A stretch of DNA of 51,038 bases, counting the filler, from Trypethelium eluteriae (lineage: Eukaryota), in NCBI GenBank assembly GCA_051942245.1. It is 2 parts of 2 records of this genome, joined end to end, with 100 filler letters (N's around TTAATTAATTAA, not from the genome) between each part and the next. Parts side by side here need not be neighbours in the genome. Positions count along the whole stretch, not along the records: positions 1 to 25,478 come from JAVECL010000372.1; 1 more part is not named here. The stretch is one strand, 5' to 3'. How positions within the stretch are numbered: the first letter of the stretch is position 1; the number at the start of each line of letters is the position of its first letter. Both the position numbers and the translations under genes were made by a program. The notes under the pieces were generated by a model. It was not told the DNA's origin. It worked only from the letters and a program-made list of their open reading frames with translations, and ran no database searches. This document shows, piece after piece, positions 1-10,236 of the stretch.

Positions 1-2663
1 CCTATCCTCTCCCCCCTCTCCTCCCTCCTGCAGGTACCACAGGGCCTGTCGGGGGCAGTAGTGGTCATTTACCACTACGCCCCCGGCCTCCAGCCGATTC
101 CACTGGCGGCGGCGGCGGCGTGGCCTCCGGGAGGCACGCGAGGGGGGGAGAGCCGGGGCAGGGCCGGGAGCCGGAGGAGCCAGGCTGGGGAGCCGGAGGA
201 GCCGCCTAGAGAACGTTATTTGTTAGCATTTGCTCGTTGTTAAGGCATTGTATCGACTTGAAATGACTTGAGAGGGTTGGAATGGGGAGCAAAGACCTAG
301 AAGCGTATTCGAGGAAGTCAGGAGGAAGTGCTGATTGGGAATCGGCATGAAGTTGGAAGAGTGAAGAATAGTGTACGCAAGAGTTGTGCGGGAGACTTGT
401 TGATGCTGAGAGGGGACGGAGTGAAAAACACTCAGACGGCACTGTGAGATAAGGAGCGGTATCTTTAACGATGCTTGGAGGGAATCAAGAACGAGTGGAA
501 GATTGTAAGATACAAACATATGTTGTCGGGTCGATCAAGCTCTGCAAGGGAGAATTTGAGGTGACCAAAAGACTTGTGGAGATGCAGGACAACTGATCAG
601 ACATGGAGGGATGCTGTAGGCATGAGCTAGATCTAGATAGGGTATGACGAATAGGTGATATGGGGGCGATGGAGAAGAGACTGGTGTGAGAGACAATGTT
701 GAGATGAGTTTAGGAACTCTGTAGCATACCAGTTGAACGCGCACAAAGGCGCTCCGCCCATCTTCGCCGAGGTGTGTTTCGATCGACATCTATATATAGT
801 AGTTAGTACCATGGCAAGCAGGATTTCTGATGCGCGGCAAATGCGTCACCAAATGATATGCCGGGAGAGAGAACACTGTATGAAATTATCGGGGTCGCTA
901 GTACACAAAATGCACGACAATGAAAAATTGAAAGGACCATTGTGTTGATGGACGCTTATCACTTACTTTTCGATTGCAAAAAAAAAAAAAAAACTAAACA
1001 CTTGGTCAGCACATAACATAAACTTGATGCGCACTTGAGCCGGAAGGTGAAAGTGCAAGATGATTCTCGAACTAGGGTCATGTGGAACAAAGTCGAAAGC
1101 CGCCATTTGAGCGGGAAGAATGAGAAACGATGGAGGGAAAGGGCATGGATCTGGTTATTGCATGATTGCATTAGTGTTTGGGTGATGAATAGAGGCTCAC
1201 GTTTCGGGGAGGTATTGCAGAAAGGAGGGATGTCTTGGTGAGCAGCTCACCAGATCTTGGTCTTTATCTATGATTTCGTTAGCATTGGATCATCGCATGA
1301 GCTTAAACAGCTCTGGGAATAGGCAAGCAACATCAAAGAAGGGGGAGGTGGAGGCTGTTCAGGAGATAGATAAATGAGGAGACACTGTCGGCGGGTCCTG
1401 AACTCTGGATGGTGATTATAATGCTGGAAAGGGGGTCTAAACAGAGAATGCTGCGTGTGTGAATAAATGATGGGATATCGCTGGCGCAGCGCTGAGTTTA
1501 AGGAATGAGACTGCACGAAAGGATGAGGACAAGATAGAGACGGAAGAATTGACAACGCACCAGAGTTTTGTGTGCTATTCTGGTCCAACGTCTTAGCCTT
1601 AGATAACCATGACACACTTCGTAGAAGAAAGCAAGAATGGATGATAGACATATAATGTGATGTGCACTGATGCCATTACGTTCAAAGGGTCGAACTGAAC
1701 ACATAGTGCTCATGTGTGGCGCGTGAAATCTTGAGTGGCGGGGTGTTGAAACGTGGTTAGACGGCGATGAAATCAGGGACATGTATGTATGAAGCCAAAT
1801 GTATACGAAAGAAATGGCGCTCGGGATCAAAGGTAGAGCTTGGCTGACGCCTTGGGCGGAGATGTAGGTGGATCAGGATGGGTCCAACCCAGGCGTGTTC
1901 GGACGAGGGAGATCCGGATGGAGCGCAGAGCATGGATGGGTACATGGATATGCAGGTAGAAGGAAGAGAAATACGCCACGTACCGATTGTGCTTCAGAAG
2001 AGTTAGCAAACATGCAATATGTTGACGGGACGGGTTGGGCTGGACATACCTGTGGAACTGTGCCTGAAGAGAAAACGAAGAAGGGCAGGCGATCGTTTTA
2101 TTACCGCTTAGCGTTGCTGGCTAGACGCACTGCGAGTGCCTCAGAATGAAAAGGTATCGAGGATTAATGACAAGAAGCAAAGAAGCATTATGAAGACAGC
2201 AACTCGAACCTGATAGGACAGTCTGAGGAGAATAAATGAAGGATCAGAAGATGACTGAAGATAGGAAGTCGCGATATTATGAATTTTGGGGCGAACGGAA
2301 GCCAAAGAGCCGCTAAAGGAGCAAGTCACCAAGTGTCACCCGAGGGTACCCATACACGCTCGCTCCTACTGATTGAGTGGGCAATGGTCTCTAATGAATC
2401 GACAATGCGGACCTCAGGCGCAGACCCGCCTCTTGAAGCTTCTTATCCTGCTGTTCTAGCAAGATCGCACCCACGGATCTCACATATGGTATACGATGCT
2501 CTTGCTGTAAGCAACGAGAAAGACCTGGCTGTCGCAGTACCTTCGTCTCCGCAATGAACCTCAAGCCCAGCTGATTTGCATGGAGTGCAGGCACGATGTA
2601 CACCACAGGAAAGCTCGTTCAAGATTAGTCGTCTCGCTGCCCATGGAGAAAAGTCGACGGGGC

Positions 2664-2749
2664 TAGAGTAGGATAGTCGTCGTATCGTAGACGGAGCGCG
2701 ATAGAGTACGATAGAGTACGATAGAGCTGGAGTACTCTATCTTACTCTA
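2664..2749. repeat. Imperfect inverted repeat enclosing a 10-bp tandem repeat
   Basis: TAGAGTAGGATAG (2664-2676) pairs with CTATCTTACTCTA (2737-2749) with 1 mismatch; (ATAGAGTACG) x~2.6 at 2701-2726. Confidence 0.6.
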
Positions 2750-2894
2750 CGATTAGCCGCCACCTCCGCCAAAACGTCCTACAACGTCAAAATTTGCGCA
2801 CCTCGCCAAATTTACTAACAAACCTACAATTTCATTATTCCACATATATTCACCACTCTTATTGCCCAATCAGGAAACACGAGGCTGCTTTAGT

Positions 2895-3037
2895 CTCTAC
2901 ATAGGTCTCACCTCTTAACATAGGCCTCTTATCTCTGCACAGGCCTCACACCTCTGCGCAGGCCTCACGCCTCTGCGTACGCCTCTCACCTCTGCGCAGG
3001 TTTCGCCTCTCTGCGCAGACCCTACAACTCTGCGCAG
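2895..3037. repeat. Degenerate ~20-bp minisatellite with core CTCTGCGCAGG
   Basis: About 7-8 units, e.g. CTCTGCACAGG, CTCTGCGCAGG, CTCTGCGTACG, CTCTGCGCAGA; the leftmost units are more decayed. Confidence 0.75.
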
Positions 3038-3230
3038 GTCATCAGATGTCTTGCGGCGATGAAGTACCTCAATACTTTTGGGGGTAGTGCTGTGCTCAAT
3101 GACTGTATCTTGCGAATAAAATTTGTTCATATTACAAGACTCGTATGAAGTTCAAGCTAGAGGATGCAGCATCGTGGAGCACCCGTGTGCCCACGGTACC
3201 ACGTACACCCGAGTACCGTTGACGTTCGTA

Positions 3231-3411
3231 CCTTACGGCGGCTGGGGGGTTTCTCAACTGGTATTCAATACAATGTTACCTCAATTTAACTGTCATAATC
3301 ATGTTGGCCTATGTTAAGGCGGTGTTTATAAGGACCAATAAGGTCATAACAGTAGAGTCAAAATAACGTTGTATTAATTACCAGTCAAGAAACCCCCCAG
3401 CCGCCGTAAGG
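3231..3411. mobile_element. 181-bp MITE (non-autonomous Tc1/mariner-type, TA target-site duplication)
   Basis: TA at 3229-3230 and 3412-3413 flanks a perfect 24-bp TIR CCTTACGGCGGCTGGGGGGTTTCT; complementarity continues imperfectly for ~80 bp per arm; no coding capacity. Confidence 0.88.
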
Positions 3412-3576
3412 TAGTGTACCAGAGTACCTCTCTCTCTCGTAGTGTACAGTGCCCGCGTACCTATCGAATCGTAGTGCACCCGTGCGCCTCGAGTCTCGAG
3501 AGATCCGCCTGTCCGTGGTGAGACTTACGAACCTTTCACATTTCGGTGTCGGGAGAGCCGAGAGATCTCAATTGCA

Positions 3577-4608
3577 TGACGAGTGGCTTTGCAAAGGTGA
3601 AGTTATCCTGTCGATGAATTCGAAATAAAGATCACAGCTAACCAAGGTTCGATACGTTGATGTAGGACTATTTCAGATCCACTTCAGCGAAGTGCGACTC
3701 GAAGCAAATCCGGCGCACTCCTACACGCTCAACAAAGAAAAATGGAGGTGTCTCTAACGTCAACGGATCCGAAAAGTGGAATGTTTGAGTGGAACGGTAA
3801 AATCGCGCTTTCTATGTCGACATGTACGCTACGGGAAGGGAGAAGCGCTGCTCTTAGTGCCCACCTACTCATGTAGACTCTTGGAGCTGCCACAAGCAAT
3901 CGCCTAGCTGGGATAGGATTTCTAATCTTTTTGGACGTATTTATTGGGTCCATGAACATTCCCAAGTCATTTCGTACGAGCATCCATGGAACGTTCTGGA
4001 ATACAATCAGACGAAAAATTTCACGTATTCAAGTTCCGGCGAGATGTGGATCCATCTGCAATAAAAGTTGATGACACGGAATTATCCTGTCAACTCGAGC
4101 CATCAATCTGGAGCAACGGAGCTTCGGATCTTGCCGTGAGGATACGAGGAAGGCTCTGGTGGTCTAATGTTCGCCTAGGTGAGATTCAATTGAAGCGGAT
4201 GACAAGAGGCATGGAAGTCAGCAACGTTCTACGGTCCTGGGGAGAATCGGTTGAGTGAAGCTCCGTCCAGAATCCCACTCAGTACCAAGAGCACCGCATG
4301 CTATTTGAAGACGCCAAAGGATTTCACAGATTGTTTACGGTACCATGAAGGATGGCCTGATTTTTCACTTTAGAAATTGATTTGAAGGATTATTTGCAGT
4401 TGAGGTGCAGAGTTCGAAATCCTCAGGATCTTTTTGAAGAGGACCATGTCGCTCGTCTTCATCAAATTATCAATGTACATTGCGCTCGCTGAAGAATATA
4501 CGCGAAAGCTGCAGCACCAGCAGGAGAAGATTACATGCGCTGGTGTTTCATCGAACTGGCCTATTTTAGCAAAATCTGTCCGGATGACGGCGAGCCTGAT
4601 TGAATCTA
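3577..4608 (+). pseudogene. Decayed multi-exon gene with a WW-domain-like segment
   Basis: ATG at 3577, then a GT..GCTAAC..AG intron; ~3900-3990 translates as SPSWDRISNLFGRIYWVHEHSQVISYEHPW; the downstream frame shows an apparent frameshift and several in-frame TGA stops; boundaries approximate. Confidence 0.45.
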
Positions 4609-4843
4609 AACCAAAGCAAGCTCGTCAGAGACGATTTTCCTCCTTCTCTTGTCCATGTGTGCGCTAATAGGTCGAAAAAAAGTTTGCGGTAAGATCTTTG
4701 ATGTTGTAAATTGGGTGGTGAAAGCTTGTAGATTAAGCTATGGAGGCAAGGACATCTATATACGCGGCCAATTCACGAGCCTCACTCCTATCCACGTGAT
4801 ATGATTGCCTTCTCACACATCACATGCAACATCAATACAACAA

Positions 4844-5146
4844 ATGTTCATTGGTTCAGTTGCAATCTGAACGCGTTCTATTTAAAGTCCAGGATATATG
4901 CTGTAGTGTGAATGGGATTGATTCGGCTGTCATTGAAATCCGCTAGATTTAAGCGCTAGGGCGTAGTACATATGAGATCAATCCAGCCGCAATCCAATTT
5001 CAGTTTGTTTAAGCGCCAAGATATCATATAGATGGGATTGGTTCAATCGCAATCCGGACCTAAGCGCCCGGGAGTAACGTAGGTAACATTGGTCCAGCCG
5101 CAACCCGACCTCGCCATCCAAGCGCCAAGGCATGATACAGATAGAA
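4844..5146. repeat. Degenerate tandem array of ~5 units of 51-60 bp upstream of the NTPase gene
   Basis: AAGCGC at 4951, 5011, 5062 and 5120, each preceded by an ATTGRTYCAGYYGCAAYC-like block; a fifth, more diverged unit starts at ~4844. Confidence 0.7.
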
Positions 5147-5259
5147 GGCTACGCTTAAAAGAAAATTATTGCCTTTATCATTTGATTTTTTCCTAACAAT
5201 TTGCTGGTGGTCTTGAAATTCGCATACAATTGCACTGCTTCCTGTCAGACGCTTTCGTC

Positions 5260-8200
5260 ATGAGTTTTATCGACGAATGCGCTCGCGAGATCCGACATCA
5301 ACGTGGAGAATGCGAACGCTTTTTGCGTCTACCTTCGGACGAACAGTATGGTAAGTATACTCATACCAAGACCAATTATTCTCGGCTAAAAGTTGTAAGA
5401 CTACTTGTTGCAAATGCAGTCAGACTCTCCTCTCGAGTGCAGGCGGATATTCCGGCCTAGTGATAAGAAGATGGATATGGATCCGCAAAATACGCTCAAA
5501 CAGGAATCATCATGTAGACTGCAGAACTGGGTAGTTACAGCCTATAAACCTTTCAGTAGTGAGTCACTAACAAAAGGCGCTTTGATAGCTTCCAGAGAGT
5601 CATTGGAAACGCTTGATAGATATCAATTTCTTGTGGCTCAAGGATCCAGAAAAGGATTTTCGATGCAGTGAGTTTGTTCCATAAATCTGCATGAAGCAGT
5701 GATGGTTTAAATAAATACAAGGGTTTTTGCTAGACGTAGGACTAGCCCATTTGGAGCATAAGCGATATCAGGTCCTATTCGAGCTCCTCTTTTATGAAAA
5801 GCCTAATATGCTGTATGAAGCTTACCGCTTTTCTTATCATGAAGATAACAAAAAGCGAGTAGAGGGAAATACAAGAGTCCAAGAACTATTATGCGATAAT
5901 AAATTCCCTTAACAAAATCTCTGGTAAGTAAAAGCTTTGTTTACGAAATCGCTTTCTTACGTTCAATATATAGCTTTTTGGGAGACTTTGTGCAACCTTG
6001 ACCCAGCGCGCCCACAACTCAGGTACATTAACTTTCCCGGTAAGATTGGGTTTAATAAGATTATGGAAGGTCATGAAGAATCATTTCTTTGTGAGCTTCG
6101 ATCTTCAATCGTTAAATTTTTGGAGAGATATAAGCGTGATCCTCCAACCGATAATTTGGGCGAAAAGTTAAAACAAACCCGGATGAGCGAATCCATTCCC
6201 GACTATGGGCCTCAGGTTACGCTACTTGTTGGGGTTTCAGGCACGGGAAAGACTAGACACTTAGAGTCACTCCTCTCAAAAAACTGGGGCTTTTACGTCA
6301 TGGCTGGAAATTTAGATGATTCCAGACCTAACAGCGACATCTATGCTCCCCGGAGAGGATATAGCTCACATGATATTCATTGGTTATGGAAAAGTATTGA
6401 GGGCCGCCAAACACCAAAAGATTATGTATGCACAAGCAATCACATATTCCCATTGCTTTACAGCCGCCTTCTGATATTAGACATTTTCAGACAAGAAGCA
6501 AAATGTCAGCAGAAAGATGATCCAATCTATTGGCTTTTATTTCAGCAGGAATAAGATCCATTCTCAAAGCTGTCTTGGCTTTTTCTGGTCCGTTCAGTTG
6601 ATATCGATGAAGCTACGACATTTTGCAGAAAGATTGTGGAAAAATATAAATTTGACGGCAAGCAATCAATCCTCTACATCTGCATCGATGAGGCACAATG
6701 CGATCTTGAGGAAAAGGTCTACCAGAACCACAAAGAGAATGAAGCGGAACCTTTCATCATGAGCGTTACCAAATCTTTCTTGGCATTCTCGGACATGATA
6801 AACCTTCCATGCAGAACCATCATCTCGAGGACCTCGTTGGAGCTTGAGAATATGAAGAACGCACTCAAAGAAGCGATGTCTTCCGCCCGAGCTATAAATT
6901 ATGCCGCCAAGACTGACATATCTGACCGGATACTCAACTATGCTCGTAGTCAGTGGGTTGAGATGGTGCTCCTTGATAACAAAGGTTTTGAGGAATTTGA
7001 TAAAATCACTCTTGAGGCTGGACGCATGGGTGGCTCAAGTGATAAACAGGTCAAGAGCCTCCTTTCTCAATATCCCCAAGGCCTGGCTTTTTTCGATAAA
7101 CAGGTAGAGAACATACTTTCTCAATATCCTGAATTCCTGGCTCTTGCCGAGAAAAAGCAATGGAACCAACGTTCCCAATACCCCAAAGTCTCTGGGGAAG
7201 AAATAGCAAATCTTCTCCTGGAAAAACTGATAGATCACCGTCGAGTCGACATAAAGTCTGATCTGGATCTCATGGATTCTAGGAAAAAGCTGGAAGATCT
7301 ACTTTCCCAACACAATGTATTTGAGAAATTTGAGAAATTTGAGAAATTCGGGGAAACCACAGAGAATCGACGCCTTCGAGGGCTGATTTTCACACTTGGT
7401 CGACCACTACGCGGCCGTTGTCTTTGGTCTGTCTTCTATGCTGAAGAACTGAATAAGAAATTAGATAAGGAATTGAAGAAGGATCCCTCTCTTATCGGAA
7501 TGAGCCAAGATGTGGAAATTTTTCTGGACAGCATAATCAGAGACGCGGCACGTCTTGCAACCAACAAAGCCAGCTATTGGCTGACACAGCGGTTGAACAA
7601 GTTCAAGAACGACGGCCATTCGCATATACTAGAAAACATTCGACGAATGGCTTTTGATGGTCATGTGTTCGACAGAAAAACGGTCTTTGAAGACGAAAAA
7701 GACCACAGTCTGGTTTCGAATGGATTCGCTCAAGTTGAGATGACTGGAAATGGCCTACAAAAGTTACAAGGTTCCTTCAAAGAACACCTAGTCAGTGAAG
7801 CTTCAATGGAGTGGATTCTAGAAAATGACCGTGAGCGGAAGTATATGACCTATCTGTTATACAGCAACTCGATTCATCATACCAATTTTGGATTCATGGC
7901 TGAATATTACTTAGCATTTGTAAGTTCGTGAATAGTTTATCTGGATTTTTGTCACTTACAATAATAATAGCAACTGTGGAACTGTTTGCAGCCCAAGATG
8001 GACGCAAAAGCTCGAGAAGAAAAACCAATCGGATCAGATTTTGAGAGTCGACGGTCGGGATTGTACTTAATCCTTGCAAAGGCAAGTCCGATCAGCTATC
8101 ATACCTCGTCGTCTATTACTGTGGATCGGAGCAAATGCATTCAGGAAGAGGATATTATCAACACTCCCCTTGTCGATGTGAAACACATAGCTTCAGTACC

Positions 8201-8639
8201 CAAAGACGACTTCACGACCGCGGACTGGCTCACCAAAGTGCGACAGTGGCTCGGGTCGCGCCAGCTCTGAAATCTCAAGACGATGTAGCAGAGGAGATCG
8301 ACAGTCCTGAATATTGATGGAGATATTGTGATGGAAAACTCTTGGAAGAAGAGTAATAAGATATATTATCGGGTCAAGCCGGTGAGACTAGGATGTATGA
8401 GGAACCTGTATCAATGTGGCTATTGCTAAGGCTTAGAAGTTTTTTTATAGGTTATATTAGCTATGAAACCGTTTCCTATTATATTCACGCATGGAGCTCA
8501 GCTCTGGGAACTGGACAGAATCGTCTACTCTACCAGTGAATCCAAAAGCATTTTTCCAGAAAATGCTCAGTTTTGGCGGAGAAGTCCAGTTCCGGAAAGC
8601 ATCGTGAATTTTCCAGCTGGGGTAGTTGAACAGCAGTAA
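5260..8639 (+). pseudogene. Multi-exon P-loop NTPase resembling Crinkler-associated CR-NTPases; in-frame stop at 6552-6554
   Basis: Walker A LLVGVSGTGKT followed by WGFY, WLLFQ..DPF, Walker B ICIDEAQ and IISRTSL; ORFs 5937-6554 and 6636-7931 are in the same frame, separated by one TAA; GT-AG introns near 5351, 5925, 7920, 8238 and 8382; 5' exon phases and the 3' end are uncertain. Confidence 0.6.
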
Positions 8640-9054
8640 GTGAGATCAGACACAGACTTACCTCCTCCCGCCATTCTATTATTATCAAATAGAAAAATGT
8701 AAGAATTAGAAAAGATTGGATAAGATAACTGTAGATCCGTAATATAGTTGGTGTGTATACATAAGAGCGTGTCAAGTCCGAGTTCAGCCATGCTCATAAT
8801 AATTACTCATGATCAAAAGTAGTGATTGACTTCATGTGAGGTCACTTTGATCTTGAATATACTTTGTGGTTTGCTGTCATAGACAGCGTTCTGTTAGTTC
8901 CACTCGGAAGGTCAGAATAGTTCCTCAGCGTCTAGAAGGCCCCAGGTAGATGTAACAGTCTGAAAATACGATTCAATTTTCGAGCTCAAGTGGAGAATGT
9001 CCCCTCCATTAGGAATTAATATGCTCTTTGCGACCCAGAGGTAGCGGCGAATTT

Positions 9055-9802
9055 CTACGACTTTCTAGCCTTCATGACTTTCCTCGTTCTACGAATCTCT
9101 GCCTCTGTTTCACTTATTTCACTTTTTACCGCCGCCAGCTTCACCAGCGGGCCTTCAACAGCGGTCTCGAAAGACTGTTGCGCTGCTCGTAAAGCCGGAG
9201 GTACAAGAATGCCAAACCATTTCAATGGATGTCGAGTCGACTTCGAGCGTGGGAGGGAATCTGTCCCTATTTGACCCTGCAATGGTCGCAGATTATTTTC
9301 TCTTGATTTCCTGTGTCCTGTGCTTGTTGTTGAATCGTCTTCGACTTCCGCACTGGTCCTTTGTGTCGCTGAGGACCCCCGGCTTTGAGTAGACGCAATC
9401 TTCATTAATGGTGCTTTCCCTTCAGAAGGCGGGAAACTTCTACAAGTACGTCAGTGGAATGAATTGGTGTTGCTTTGTACTAAGCTCGCTGACAGTGTTC
9501 GGATCGCTTGCATTCGCTCGTCGTAGTAGTCCTGACCATACCGCATGCGATTTGGAGAATTGAAGTTTGCTTGTGCAAGGCTCATGAAACCCTTGTAGGT
9601 GTCAATATAGCAATATGGAAACTATCTGAAATGCCAAACTTACAGAAGAGAAACATCTGGCGACCTCTTCTTGGGTTACCCGATATCGGTCCAGAAGCCC
9701 CAAATACCTCTCCCAAAGTTCGTCGAGTCGGTCATGGATATCATCTGGTGTATGAGAATTGGAGACTTTGTCTCGAGATGCACCTCTGATAATCTCTGTC
9801 AT
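9055..9802 (-). CDS. VMA22: V-ATPase assembly factor Vma22/CCDC115 family (3 exons)
   Basis: LDELWERYLGLLDRY, GFMSLAQANF, RYGQDYYDERMQA and PLKWFGILVPPALRAAQQSF motifs; two GT-AG introns. Confidence 0.85.
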
Positions 9803-10236
9803 ACTTTTGAGTCTAATGAGAAATGTTGTGCAGAGCTGATAGTAGGAGTGGAGATGGAGGCGGTCGGAGAAGTTTTTTCTCGCCGCCAAAAAGTCAGAAC
9901 TGAACAAAGGTTACGATATCAACACTATGTATTATTCACTTCCCAATGCTATATTATATCTACATCTACTCGGCGAATTCCCACGCATTTCCATCGCAAA
10001 TTACAAAGAAATGACAGATCTAGAAAATGCTAAACATTAGTGTTAAGCAATGGAAGTTGTCCATTTAGTGATTTTGTGAGATGCATTTTCATGACAAGAT
10101 ATGATCAGCAGCACGTTGATTAGATAAAACTGCGCTATCATGCTCGATCGAAATGTTCTCCAACCGTGCACATACTACTTAAGCCTCGCAATCTCATCGC
10201 CCACCGACAGGAAGAATAAAACAACATCGCGCACAG

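Noticed and set aside
977..993. Poly(A) run as a retroelement tail
   Set aside because: No target-site duplication or retroelement sequence recognised nearby
4844..5146. CRISPR-like appearance of the repeat array
   Set aside because: Eukaryotic context, repeats too degenerate, spacers related to each other, and no cas genes
1..8700. Starship or other giant-element boundary
   Set aside because: No tyrosine-recombinase captain or transposase is recognisable in the window; the block is accessory-like but its edges cannot be defined
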